Below, piece after piece: positions 1 to 9,021 of a DNA stretch of 32,000 nt (within the stretch, counting starts at the first letter, position 1; the number at the start of each line of letters is the position of its first letter). Under the pieces are notes generated by a model. It saw only the letters and a program-made list of their open reading frames with translations. It ran no database searches and was not told where the DNA came from. Source of the stretch: Halogeometricum borinquense DSM 11551 (GTDB taxonomy: Archaea; Halobacteriota; Halobacteria; Halobacteriales; Haloferacaceae); contig NC_014729.1 in NCBI RefSeq assembly GCF_000172995.2, positions 2,700,001 to 2,732,000 on the forward strand, given 5' to 3'. The translations under genes and the position numbers were made by a program.

Positions 1-583
1 CGTCCAGTCCGTCCGGATCGAAGACCCCCCACGATGCCGCCCGCCGGAGTCGGTTCTGTACCGCGCGAACCGTGTCCGGAGCAACGTTCGCAGAATCAGC
101 CGGAACCTCCGCAAACGCACGCATTTCTGCCAGCGTTTCCGATTCACTGGCCGCCCGCCACACCATCGATCCCACCGGCGAGTCCGGGTCACAGCCGACA
201 AGTTCGGGCCATGCCGAGGGCGGAATCGCGTCGGCCCGAACGGTCGGTGTTCGGACGAGACGACCGGGGACAGCGTCCGACTCCGTGAGGCCGGCGAAGA
301 CACCCATCGGGTCAAGAACGACGGGCGCGACGCCGGATGCACGCGAAACTTCCTCCGCGAGGACGCCGAGCGTATACGATTTGCCGTACCCGCGCTTGCC
401 GACGACGAGAGCGGCGTGCGGGCCGTCGAGGTCAACCGCAACGGGTGCGCCGTCGCTCCCGTCGCGGGCGCGGTGGTGACCGAACCGGGCGATCGGACCG
501 TCGAATCGAGCGGCTAGACCAGTGTGTTCGGCGGGAGAGGCGTCCACCGACTCGGTCAGATCGGCACGGCGGCCGAGAACGTC
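1..583 (-). CDS. P-loop NTPase, HerA/DUF87-like. Only the N-terminal part is present; the gene runs off the window start.
   Basis: This ORF is not in the supplied track because it leaves the window. My reverse-strand translation from ATG 583..581 reads MKTDVLGRRADLTESVD...VDLDGPHAALVVGKRGYGKSYTLGVLAEEVSRASGVAPVVLDPMGVFAGL.... It has a Walker A motif (GKRGYGKS) followed by a hydrophobic strand ending in D (VVLDP), and acidic haloarchaeal composition. Confidence 0.6.
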
Positions 584-637
584 CGTCTTCATGGAAGCGT
601 CTGGTTCCGTCTTCTGCCTTGAATCATCGGGCGGAGG

Positions 638-645
638 TTTATATA
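638..645. promoter_or_regulatory. TATA-box-like element (TTTATATA), possibly bidirectional
   Basis: TTTATATA lies 23-30 nt upstream of ATG 668 on the plus strand, the usual geometry for a leaderless haloarchaeal mRNA. On the minus strand the same AT-rich box is about 55 nt upstream of ATG 583. Confidence 0.45.
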
Positions 646-667
646 CGGAGACGGGACCAGCCACCCC

Positions 668-1120
668 ATGCTCGATGAACTCCGACAGTTCGCCGCAGAC
701 GACCGCGCGATAGAAGGACTTCCGATCCGTCTCGTTATCGCTCTCGTAGTGGGTGTGGCGACGCTGAGCGTCATGCTGAACATGCTCTCCGGTGTGCAGG
801 GACTCGCGGTCACTGAACTCGACGTGAAGCCGGATCCCGACGTGATGACGCCGGGCGAACAGGATATTTCGATCCTCGTCGTGGACCCCGACGGCGACCC
901 GGTGGAAGGGGCGACGGTTGTCGTCAAAGACGGGACGGCAGACATCGAGAGTGTGGTAACGAATAAAACGAGGGAGGGAGGGATGGCTACCGTTACTGTC
1001 GCCCCCAAGTTACGGTCGAATCAGGAGGATGGAACGCTCGTCATCGACGTGAAACCACCCGCTGGAAGCCAATTCGTAGACCGGCGTGAGAATACGAAGA
1101 TACTGGTCGTGGAATCCTGA
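668..1120 (+). CDS. Small membrane-anchored or secreted protein with an N-terminal hydrophobic anchor resembling a class III (pilin-like) signal and a carboxypeptidase-regulatory-like beta-sandwich domain
   Basis: 150-aa ORF. The N-terminus reads DDRAIEGLPIRLVIALVVGVATLSVML (charged, then G, then a long hydrophobic helix). The later segment VVDPDGDPVEGATVVVKDG...GGMATVTV is typical of CarboxypepD_reg/Ig-like folds. Confidence 0.7.
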   Translation: MLDELRQFAADDRAIEGLPIRLVIALVVGVATLSVMLNMLSGVQGLAVTELDVKPDPDVMTPGEQDISILVVDPDGDPVEGATVVVKDGTADIESVVTNKTREGGMATVTVAPKLRSNQEDGTLVIDVKPPAGSQFVDRRENTKILVVES

Positions 1121-1153
1121 TACGGCTGGGCAACGCCAAGCGCTCCCGACTGC

Positions 1154-2464
1154 TCAGCGTTCCGGATGTACAGGCGCGTCAAAGCCACCACGAACTAGCG
1201 GTTTGGCGACGTGGCGACGGGCACACGGGGGCACTTCGTACCAGCCGCGTTCGAGATCACGGTCGATCACGCTCTCCGTTTTCCCGGGGGCGCTCGTCCG
1301 GCAGTCGCGGCAGCGATAGCCCTGATTTCGGCCCGCACTCTCCATCGTCCGATCACAGTCAGGGCAGGTGGGCGTAACCAACTCGGTACGGTTCAGTTCG
1401 CGGACGGCGAACTTCTCCAGTTTCAGCGTACCGTCAGAGAACTCCCCGCAGACGGTCAGTTCGTCTCCACAGCGGAGTGTGCGGACCCGGTCGCGGAACC
1501 GCTTTGTCGGTTCGAAAGCGGCGCACGCGATGGATTCGTCGGGATCGCCGTCCACGCCGTTGTCGGCGTCGCCGCGTTTGTCTGCCGAACCGAGTTCGAA
1601 GAAGACGTGGCCACCACGTCTCGTCTCCGGGGCGGCGACGACGACGCCGTCAACGCGGTATGCACCGTCGGCTTCGAGCGAGCCGAGCGTCCCGTCACGC
1701 AGGTGGATATCCGTCCCTTGGTTCGTGAGAAACGTCGCCCGTCGCTCGACCGGTTCGGAGTCGATAGCGGCCGAGAGCGACCGCACCGCGTCGGGGTCGT
1801 CACCACGGATACCGTGGAGAATCGGGCCGGGCGCGTTCGGCACGCAGACCGCTTGACCCTCGACGGTATCGACGGTGTCCCACGCTTCCGGGTAGTGGTC
1901 AGCCGCCGCGTCGAACACCGATTCGATATCCACATCTCGGAGCGTTCCGCACCGGTCGAACTCACGATAAGCGATGTGTTCGTACGTCCACTCCTCAAGA
2001 GCGGCCCACGCACCGACGGCCGCGAGGGCACCGATCCGACCGCGGCCGCCGTCCCATCCACGGTGAAAATAGTCCGCCGAGTCGGCGAGTTCGACAGCGT
2101 CGTCGGTATCGACGAGCGAGCGAATCGCGCGCGTGGTGAACGACGAGACGGCGTCCGGAACCGCGTCCGGGTCGCCGGGAGCGACGACGACGCCCGGACT
2201 CGTCCGCGGGTCCGACGTCTCCGCGAGCGGTTCCAGTTCTTCGACGGCGATTGCAAGCACTTCTTCGGGAGAAAGGTTCGTATGAAGTGCAAGAGCGGCG
2301 TTACCGCGCGTTTTGTACTCGACAGCAGGGTTGAGGCGGACGAGAAGCCGACGCTCCACCTGCCCACCGGCCGCCTCGATGGCCTCGGCCACGAGCGTCG
2401 CGAGGTAGGTCGTACACATCCCGCGTTCGCGCGAGTCGGTGTCGTCGAGGCCAACGACGGTCAT
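1154..2464 (-). CDS. tiaS: tRNA(Ile2) 2-agmatinylcytidine synthetase TiaS
   Basis: 436 aa. The N-terminal GLDDTDS..RGMCTTYLA motif, the AAFEPTK segment and the C-terminal zinc ribbon CPDCDRTMESAGRNQGYRCRDC match my memory of the Archaeoglobus TiaS architecture. Confidence 0.9.
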   Translation of the reverse strand: MTVVGLDDTDSRERGMCTTYLATLVAEAIEAAGGQVERRLLVRLNPAVEYKTRGNAALALHTNLSPEEVLAIAVEELEPLAETSDPRTSPGVVVAPGDPDAVPDAVSSFTTRAIRSLVDTDDAVELADSADYFHRGWDGGRGRIGALAAVGAWAALEEWTYEHIAYREFDRCGTLRDVDIESVFDAAADHYPEAWDTVDTVEGQAVCVPNAPGPILHGIRGDDPDAVRSLSAAIDSEPVERRATFLTNQGTDIHLRDGTLGSLEADGAYRVDGVVVAAPETRRGGHVFFELGSADKRGDADNGVDGDPDESIACAAFEPTKRFRDRVRTLRCGDELTVCGEFSDGTLKLEKFAVRELNRTELVTPTCPDCDRTMESAGRNQGYRCRDCRTSAPGKTESVIDRDLERGWYEVPPCARRHVAKPLVRGGFDAPVHPER

Positions 2465-2623
2465 ACCGGCCCGTAGCGGCCGCGACGAGTAACCCTTTTC
2501 GAGTCGTTACCGACACCGAATCATTCTATATAACCATATCGGCAGATACGGAGTCGAATCGGGGGACGGGGGGTCCAGCGAGCGCCAAAACAGCTATATG
2601 TTCCAAATCGCTTATCTTCCCGT

Positions 2624-3601
2624 ATGTCTCGGTCAGCTCTGGTTGGAAATATCACAGCGATGCTGGAAGACGCCGGGTTCGTCGTCAGCGACCGCTGTGC
2701 CATCCGGCCCAAGAGCTTCGACCTCGCCGCCCGACGTGGCGAGGACCTGACCCTTCTGAAGGTACTCGGTAATATCGACGCGTTCGACGCGGCGACGGGC
2801 GCAGCGATGCGACGCCTCGGCGACTACCTCTCGGCAACGCCGCTCGTGGTTGGATTGCGGACCCGCGACGAAGATCTGAAGCCCGGTGTGGTGTACTTCC
2901 GGCACGGCGTCCCGGTGATGAATCCAGACACCGCGATGGACCTGTTCCTCGAGGGTGTCCCGCCGCTCATCTACGCCGCCCCGGGTGGTCTGTACGTCAA
3001 CATCGACGGCGACCTCCTTGCTGACGAGCGGGAGAAGCGCGGATGGAGCCTCGGCCGACTGGCGACCGAACTCGGCGTCTCCAGACGGACTGTCTCGAAG
3101 TACGAGGACGGCATGAACGCGAGCATCGAGGTGGCGATTCACCTCGAAGAGCTGTTCGATCAGCCATTTTCGAGTCCGGTCTCGGTCCTCGACGGGGCCG
3201 AAGAAGTCCGCGACGCCGAACCGACACCCGAGGATCCCGACGCCGACCCCGACGACGAACACGTCCTCCACATCCTCACCCGTGCGGGGTTCACCGTCCA
3301 CCCGACCGCTCGCGCACCGTTCAAGGCCGTCAGCGAAGACGAGGACAAGCGCTCGGATCAGATACCGATGCTGACGGGCCATTCGACGTTCAACCGAAGT
3401 GCGAAAAAGCGCGCCCGAATCATGTCGTCGCTCGGTCAGGTGACCCAAACCCGTTCAGTCTACTTCACCAAAGAGCAGTCGAAACGCGACTCAGTCGAGG
3501 GGACGGCACTCGTCAGCTGTGATGAACTCGCCGCTATCGACGACCCCGATGAAATTCGTGATCTCATCCGCGAACGCGCGGATGAACCGACTGAAGCCTA
3601 A
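2624..3601 (+). CDS. Conserved archaeal putative HTH-type (XRE-like) transcriptional regulator, COG1395 type
   Basis: 325 aa. A central helix-turn-helix reads [46 protein letters not shown] box at 2595-2600 sits about 25 nt upstream of the ATG. Confidence 0.8.
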   Translation: MSRSALVGNITAMLEDAGFVVSDRCAIRPKSFDLAARRGEDLTLLKVLGNIDAFDAATGAAMRRLGDYLSATPLVVGLRTRDEDLKPGVVYFRHGVPVMNPDTAMDLFLEGVPPLIYAAPGGLYVNIDGDLLADEREKRGWSLGRLATELGVSRRTVSKYEDGMNASIEVAIHLEELFDQPFSSPVSVLDGAEEVRDAEPTPEDPDADPDDEHVLHILTRAGFTVHPTARAPFKAVSEDEDKRSDQIPMLTGHSTFNRSAKKRARIMSSLGQVTQTRSVYFTKEQSKRDSVEGTALVSCDELAAIDDPDEIRDLIRERADEPTEA

Positions 3602-3621
3602 GACGCGGGCGAGAAAAACGC

Positions 3622-3870
3622 TCAGTTACCGTACGTCTCTTCGAGATATGCCACGATGTCGTCGCTTTCTGGCATCCCTTCGACGTCGTGTTCTTCGTCC
3701 ACGAGGACAGGCACGCCGGTCTGACCGCTTACTTCTTTCACTTCGGTCCGTTCGCTGTGGGAACGCGGAACCATAATCGAGTCGTATTCCAGTCCAAGTT
3801 CTGCGAGCTTATCCGTCACTTTCGCACAATAGGGGCAGCCGTCGAGTTCGTACAGAGTAAGATTCGCCAT
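3622..3870 (-). CDS. Glutaredoxin-like small redox protein (CPYC motif)
   Basis: I chose the internal Met (MANLTLYELDGCPYCAKV...) over the track start at 3930. The upstream 20 aa are basic and unlike the rest, and CTTTATG (3893-3899, minus) lies 23-29 nt upstream of ATG 3870. The thioredoxin-fold motifs GCPYC and GVPVL are present. Confidence 0.85.
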   Translation of the reverse strand: MANLTLYELDGCPYCAKVTDKLAELGLEYDSIMVPRSHSERTEVKEVSGQTGVPVLVDEEHDVEGMPESDDIVAYLEETYGN

Positions 3871-3936
3871 CGGCGGGGCGTACGAGTCGGTACATAAAGA
3901 GTCCGGTGGTCGCGTGCGCTCTGCACGCACAGCGAG

Positions 3937-5355
3937 TCAGCGCTGGCGGATGTGCTGTACGGCTGCGCCGATGCGATGGCGTCCAGCGATCAGTTCCGCA
4001 CCGCCCCAGACGAGACTGAGAAGGATCGCTGTAATCGCCCAGACGAAATCCCATCCGGACATCCAGACCGGGCGGAGCCACGGCGTGACGTGTTCCCAGC
4101 GGGTTGCGAAGTCGTCCATCGGCTCTTCGAGGAATGTGCCCGAGAACGTCGCACGCATCCGTTCGGCGAACCCGATTTCGTCACCGGTTCCGGCGGTAAG
4201 GTTCGCACTGCCGGTGATGTCGTACGTACCGCTCTGGTTCATATCGCGGATCGTCGGCCCGTTCGCTGACTCGTCGCCGTGGACGATACGTTCCGCGTCG
4301 TACGGCCCCCACGTCGCGTAGTACTCCCAGACGACTTCGCCAGTCGGCGTCACCTCGATGACACGGTGGTTGAGCGTGTCCACAATGAGCGTATTTCCGT
4401 TCGGTAGACGGTCGGCATCGCGGGGCCACTTGAGCGAGCCAGTCCCGACGGTCCACGTGCGGACCCACTCGCCGTCTGTGTGAGACGTTTCCGACCTGTT
4501 CTCGTACGCGTATTCGACGATACGGTTGTTCCCGCTGTCGGCGACGAGAAGCGTCGGCGTCCCGTTCTCGCTCACCATCCAGTCGGGGTTGTGCTGTTCG
4601 TTTAGCACGTCGTAGTTATCGTCGCTCCCTAAGCGGTGCGTGATGTTTTTCGTCTCCATGTCCACGACGACGACTTGGTCGAAGTTCCGCGGCGAGAGAG
4701 CCAACTTGTCGTCGCCGACAGGGTCTACGTCGTTGACGTGTGACCAGTCGTCGTTGTACCCGCCGTCAGTGTCTGCTGGGAAGTGGTTCTTGAAGTACCA
4801 CTCCCACGTCACCTCTCCGGACGTTCGGTTGTAGACGAAGATTCGGTCATCGCTGACGCCCGCGGAGTCGTTCCATTCGCGCATGTTGGCGATGACGAGT
4901 TCGTCTTCGCTCAACACGTCCACGTCGTGGGTATCCTCGATGTCGAACGTCTTCTCCCACACGCGCTCTTGGGTCTCGGGGTTCAGTTCGTAGACGACCG
5001 TCTCACCGCTTCGCGGCGAAGAGACGAGGAGATTACCGTTCGGCATCGGATCCACGTCGAAGAACCACGCACCGTTGTTCACCTCGTCGTTGTGAACCCA
5101 CTTCGTCTGTCCGCGTTCACCGGCGGCGATGAGGCGTGCCGGCTTCTTCCGATTCGTGTTGCCTTGGAAGGTGTAACCTTGGACGCTGACTATCGTGGTC
5201 CCGTTCGCCGGACTCGTGACCGTCCCTCGGGTGAGCGACGTTTCGTCGGCCGGGTCGTACGTGATTGCCGACACAACAGAGGGTGTCAGAAGCGCGATAA
5301 CGAGGGCGAACGCGACAACTCGCATCGCAGTACGTCTGGAAAGCGTCTCTATCAC
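3937..5355 (-). CDS. Exported arylsulfotransferase (ASST)-like beta-propeller protein with a C-terminal transmembrane anchor
   Basis: 472 aa. The signal-peptide-like N-terminus is MRVVAFALVIALLTPSVVSA, so the alternative start at 5325 is plausible. It contains repeated propeller-like strands, the ADSGNNRIVEY motif, and a C-terminal hydrophobic helix WDFVWAITAILLSLVWGG. Confidence 0.7.
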   Translation of the reverse strand: MIETLSRRTAMRVVAFALVIALLTPSVVSAITYDPADETSLTRGTVTSPANGTTIVSVQGYTFQGNTNRKKPARLIAAGERGQTKWVHNDEVNNGAWFFDVDPMPNGNLLVSSPRSGETVVYELNPETQERVWEKTFDIEDTHDVDVLSEDELVIANMREWNDSAGVSDDRIFVYNRTSGEVTWEWYFKNHFPADTDGGYNDDWSHVNDVDPVGDDKLALSPRNFDQVVVVDMETKNITHRLGSDDNYDVLNEQHNPDWMVSENGTPTLLVADSGNNRIVEYAYENRSETSHTDGEWVRTWTVGTGSLKWPRDADRLPNGNTLIVDTLNHRVIEVTPTGEVVWEYYATWGPYDAERIVHGDESANGPTIRDMNQSGTYDITGSANLTAGTGDEIGFAERMRATFSGTFLEEPMDDFATRWEHVTPWLRPVWMSGWDFVWAITAILLSLVWGGAELIAGRHRIGAAVQHIRQR

Positions 5356-5457
5356 TAACGGAGGGCAACCGGGTCAACGATGAATCACTTGCGGTCTCCA
5401 ACGAAACGCGTGACTCGCCGTCAGTCGGTGAGAGACAGTGGTTCGGAAGCGAAAACA

Positions 5458-5474
5458 GAGACGGAATCCGTCTC
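5458..5474 (-). terminator. Terminator-like hairpin (GAGACGG-AAT-CCGTCTC) followed by TTTT on the minus strand
   Basis: A perfect 7-bp stem with a 3-nt loop overlaps the permease stop codon (5473-5475). The minus strand then continues TGTTTTCG. Confidence 0.4.
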
Positions 5475-6948
5475 AGACCTGTGCTTGGATGATACCGCTA
5501 GTGCGGACGAAGAAGTAGACGACGAAGGCGAGAGCGAGTGCCCAGTGACCGGGTCGCACATCGTCGAATTCGCCGCCTGCCGTTTTCACGAGTGGGTAGG
5601 AGACGATGCCAGCGGCGATACCGTACGCGATGGAGTAGGTAAAGGGCATCACGAGAATCGTCATCCCAGCCGGGATGGTGTTCGTCACGTCGCTCCAGTC
5701 GATGTCGATGACGTTCCCGAGCATCACGACGCCGATGACGACCAAGGCGATGTGGGAAGCGTACTGCGGAATCGCGGCCGCGACGGGAACGAATGCGAGG
5801 GAGACGAGGAACAGAACGGAGACGGTCAGCGCCGTCAGTCCCGTCCGTCCACCCTCTTCGACGCCCGAAGCAGATTCAACGTACGTCGTCACCGTAGACG
5901 TACCAATCATCCCACCGACCGTCGTCCCGATGGCGTCGGCCATGAGCGGCTTGTCGATGTCAGGGAGATTCCCGTCGTCGTCGAGGAAGCCGGCAATCTG
6001 TGAGACGCCAACGAGCGTTCCAGCAGTGTCGAAGAAGTCCACGAAGAAGAACGTGAAGACGATGAGGGCGAACGAGAACGCCTCGACGTTCCCGAGACCG
6101 CCGACGAACGCGCCGACGAGCGGTGTGACGTTGTACGTGGCACTTGCACCCGCCGCGGGAACAAGCACGTCAAACGTCCCGAGAACGGGCAATGAAAGCG
6201 TCATCGAGGAGGCATCGGCAACCAGACCCGCGTCCGGTGTGACGATACCGGCGACAGTCAGAACCCATCCGAGGAACGCTGTGCCGAGGATGCCGATGAT
6301 GATAGAACCAGGAATCCCGCGAGCGTAGAGCGCGAACGTGAAGAACAGTCCGACCACCGAGAGGATAGCAACGGGGTCAGAGGCGACAGGCCCGAGCGTA
6401 ATGAGCGTCGCCGAGTCGTTCACGACGAGACCCATCGCCTGGAGGCCGATAATCGTCAAGAAGAGGCCGATACCCGTTCCGACGGCGAACTTCACCGGTT
6501 CGGGGAACAGTCGAATGACGTACTCACGCGCACCCACAGCAGTAAGCAGGATGAACAGAATACCTTCGGCGACGACGGCCGCGAGCGCCGTCTGCCATGG
6601 GACACCGAGTGCGCCGACGACGGTGAACGCGAAGAACGCGTTCAAACCGAGACCGGGCGCTTGACCGAACGGCCGGTTCGCGTAGATAGCCATCACGAAC
6701 GTGGCGACGGCGGCCGCGACGATGGTGACGACGGCGAGCATTGACTGCACTTCGGCGGGAGAAAATCCGGCGATAGCGATACCATCGACGCCCTCGATGA
6801 ACGGTTGGTCTGTCAGGATAGACGGGTTCACGACGACGATGTAGGACATCGTCAGGAACGTCGTCACCCCCGCAACGATTTCGGTCCCCACGGACGACCC
6901 GTGTTCTTGCACATCGAAGTAGTCGTCTAGCGTCTCAGTGAGCCCCAT
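5473..6948 (-). CDS. NCS2-family purine permease (AzgA/PbuG-type adenine/guanine/hypoxanthine transporter)
   Basis: 491 aa and polytopic. The hallmark N-terminus is FDVQEHGSSVGTEIVAGVTTFLTMSYIVVVNPSIL. Confidence 0.9.
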   Translation of the reverse strand: MGLTETLDDYFDVQEHGSSVGTEIVAGVTTFLTMSYIVVVNPSILTDQPFIEGVDGIAIAGFSPAEVQSMLAVVTIVAAAVATFVMAIYANRPFGQAPGLGLNAFFAFTVVGALGVPWQTALAAVVAEGILFILLTAVGAREYVIRLFPEPVKFAVGTGIGLFLTIIGLQAMGLVVNDSATLITLGPVASDPVAILSVVGLFFTFALYARGIPGSIIIGILGTAFLGWVLTVAGIVTPDAGLVADASSMTLSLPVLGTFDVLVPAAGASATYNVTPLVGAFVGGLGNVEAFSFALIVFTFFFVDFFDTAGTLVGVSQIAGFLDDDGNLPDIDKPLMADAIGTTVGGMIGTSTVTTYVESASGVEEGGRTGLTALTVSVLFLVSLAFVPVAAAIPQYASHIALVVIGVVMLGNVIDIDWSDVTNTIPAGMTILVMPFTYSIAYGIAAGIVSYPLVKTAGGEFDDVRPGHWALALAFVVYFFVRTSGIIQAQV

Positions 6949-7190
6949 AATGCACGTTTGAGCATAATTGTGATTTCAGACATAAGCGTTGTCATCTACT
7001 GAGGCCAGATATACATATTTGTGTATATTTATTCGGCAGCTCGCAAGAAGAACGCCGTGAATGAACACAGACGTGCAAGTTGACGAACGATGGACTGGGC
7101 TATTCGGCGGCGTTTGGTGAAGTACCTCGGGGACAAGCCCCGAGGCACTCGCCTTGTCCACCTGGAGAAGGAGAGAACGACTGTCGCTCG

Positions 7191-7910
7191 CTATTCGTCG
7201 TCGAACGTAGTGAGTGCGCCAACGGGCGCGTCGGTAATCTCCCGTGCACGGTCGATTCCCTCGGTACCGACGGAGATGAGGGCGAACACACCCGTAACGT
7301 CAGCATCCGATTGGAGTGCGATATCGAGAAGCAGTTCCTGTGTTTCGCCCGACCGAATGAGGTCGTCCACGATGAGGACGTTCTCGCCCGAAGAGAGGGC
7401 GCGGGTGGGGAGGTAGTACGTCAATTCGATACCGGAGGCGAGACGCTGTCGAGATTCAATGAACTCCTCGACCGCCGTCTCTTTGGATTTCTTGGCGTAG
7501 GCGACGCGCGCGTCGAAGTAACTCGCCATCGCGGCACCCAGTGTGATGCCGTCGGTGGCCGCCGTAAGGACCACATCCGGCCGTTCGAAGCCGAGCGTGT
7601 TTGCCGCGACGGGCGCGACAAGGTCCAAAAACGACTGATCGAAAACGACGCCCGAGTTGTCCACGTATCCCTCGTCGTCGAACTCGACGCGACTCTCCAA
7701 CTCTGTCGCCAGCGCGTCCCGTCCGACGCCCTGAACGACCTCGCGGGCGCGTTCGATGCCCGGAAGGACGTGCCCGTTGACGTACCGATTGAGGTCACCC
7801 GCCGGGAGGCCGGTGAGTTCGGCGAGTTCGTCGTATGTCCGAGTCTCCTTGAGCATCCGGAGGACGGCGACGGCCTGAAGTTGGAGGGCCGCTTTCTCCG
7901 CTCTGTTCAT
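7191..7910 (-). CDS. HTH domain fused to a type I phosphoribosyltransferase domain (PurR/GfcR-like architecture). Probable regulator, or possibly a purine PRT.
   Basis: The track start at 7934 is a TTG, so I prefer ATG 7910 (MNRAEKAAL...). The N-terminal HTH reads TYDELAELTGLPAGDLNRYVNG. The PRT core reads DVVLTAATDGITLGAAMASY, and the PRPP loop reads VLIVDDLIRSGET. Confidence 0.8.
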   Translation of the reverse strand: MNRAEKAALQLQAVAVLRMLKETRTYDELAELTGLPAGDLNRYVNGHVLPGIERAREVVQGVGRDALATELESRVEFDDEGYVDNSGVVFDQSFLDLVAPVAANTLGFERPDVVLTAATDGITLGAAMASYFDARVAYAKKSKETAVEEFIESRQRLASGIELTYYLPTRALSSGENVLIVDDLIRSGETQELLLDIALQSDADVTGVFALISVGTEGIDRAREITDAPVGALTTFDDE

Positions 7911-8224
7911 ACCCCGTTCATCGTAATTGCACAAGTATGAATACTTCGATACGATACGGAGAGCAAATCAGCAGGGATGTGAAACTATCGGCCGTCACAG
8001 CGAACATCAGGATACGTGCTGGAAGCGTGACTTCCTCCCCATCCTACTGCGCTACTCGGTCGCTTCGCTCCCTGCGTTGCTCCTTGAGGACGGGGCATTA
8101 GCGCCTGATTTTTTAGGTAAAAGCAGGCGCTTAGAGGACGCTGAGCGCGTGTATCCCCCGATATATCCCGCTAAAACGGAAAGAGAGGAGTCGAGCGGAG
8201 ACGAGAACCGAGTCGAACGGCCGG

Positions 8225-8761
8225 TTACGCCGACTCGTCGGCGTCCGCGAGCAGGTCCTCGGCAGTGACGAGGGAATCGAGTTCCACGTCCGCTTCGGCG
8301 AGGCGCTCTGCGGCACCCTCCTGTCGATCAACGACGACGAGGACGCGATTCACGACGGCGCCCGCTTCACGGAGCGCTTCGACGGCGTCGAGCGCGCTGT
8401 TTCCGGTGGTGGCGATGTCTTCGAGAACGACGACTTCCTCGCCTTCCTCCAAGCGCCCTTCGATGCGCTTTGCCGTACCGTACTCTTTGGCCTTCTTGCG
8501 TGCGATGACGTAGGGCGTGTCCGTTTCGGCGGCCGTCACCGCGACGAGGGGGACGGCACCGAGTGCGACGCCAGCGAGTTTTTCCACGCCGTCGAGTTCA
8601 GCGGCGAACGCCTCGGCGATCAGGCGCAGACAGTCGGGGTTCGTCTCGAACAGGTACTTGTCCACGTAGTAGTTCGAGGTGCCGCCGTGGGACAACTCGA
8701 ACTCGCCGAACTGGACGGCGTCCGCGGCGCGCAGGGCCTCGATGAGTTCGTCGTTCGCCAT
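8225..8761 (-). CDS. pyrE: Orotate phosphoribosyltransferase
   Basis: 178 aa from the internal ATG 8761 ([36 protein letters not shown]...). The PRPP motif is [13 protein letters not shown]. The 102-aa upstream extension in the track is Pro/Ala/Arg-rich and runs across a tandem repeat, so it is not coding. TTTAAG (8790-8795, minus) lies about 30 nt upstream of the ATG. Confidence 0.93.
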   Translation of the reverse strand: MANDELIEALRAADAVQFGEFELSHGGTSNYYVDKYLFETNPDCLRLIAEAFAAELDGVEKLAGVALGAVPLVAVTAAETDTPYVIARKKAKEYGTAKRIEGRLEEGEEVVVLEDIATTGNSALDAVEALREAGAVVNRVLVVVDRQEGAAERLAEADVELDSLVTAEDLLADADESA

Positions 8762-8860
8762 GTCGTTTCGAGAGGAGCCACCGAGGCGCTTAAACGGGTT
8801 GGTTCGGGGCGGTGCAGAGAGGGGACAGGGGTGGTAGTACGGAGGCAGTTCGGGAGCGGA

Positions 8861-8974
8861 GGCGGAAGGGTGTGGCGGCAGAGCGGAAGCGGTGCGGAGG
8901 CAGAGGCGGAAGCGGTGCGGAGGCAGAGGCGGAAGCGGTGCGGAGGCAGAGGCGGATGCGGTGAGACGGAAGTG
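8861..8974. repeat. 23-nt tandem repeat array: 3 perfect copies plus degenerate flanking copies
   Basis: GCGGAAGCGGTGCGGAGGCAGAG occurs perfectly at 8883-8905, 8906-8928 and 8929-8951. The upstream copy (8861-8882) has a 1-nt deletion and several substitutions. The downstream copy (8952-8974) matches about 17 of 23 positions. The period is not a multiple of 3. Confidence 0.9.
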
Positions 8975-8993
8975 GAAGGACACCGGTGTTGTA

Positions 8994-9021
8994 CCGCGAG
9001 GCACCGTCTCGCGGCCTTTTT
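8994..9021 (+). terminator. Plus-strand hairpin (CCGCGAG-N7-CTCGCGG) followed by CCTTTTTCC
   Basis: A perfect 7-bp stem spans 8994-9000 and 9008-9014, with T5 at 9017-9021 and a second T5 at 9031-9035. The orientation fits a plus-strand transcript rather than carS or pyrE, which are both on the minus strand. Confidence 0.35.

Noticed and set aside
34-713. Four overlapping plus-strand ORFs at the window start (34-288, 72-479, 337-678, 522-713)
   Set aside because: They are Pro/Arg/Ser-rich shadow ORFs opposite the P-loop ATPase gene, which reads off the window edge on the minus strand.
1211-2476. 421-aa plus-strand ORF
   Set aside because: It is antisense to the well-supported tiaS gene, and its composition is basic and Arg-rich. 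It is a shadow ORF.
8861-8974. Tandem repeats considered as a possible CRISPR array
   Set aside because: The repeats are directly adjacent with no spacers, the unit is only 23 nt, and there are no cas genes in the window. This is a simple tandem repeat, not CRISPR.
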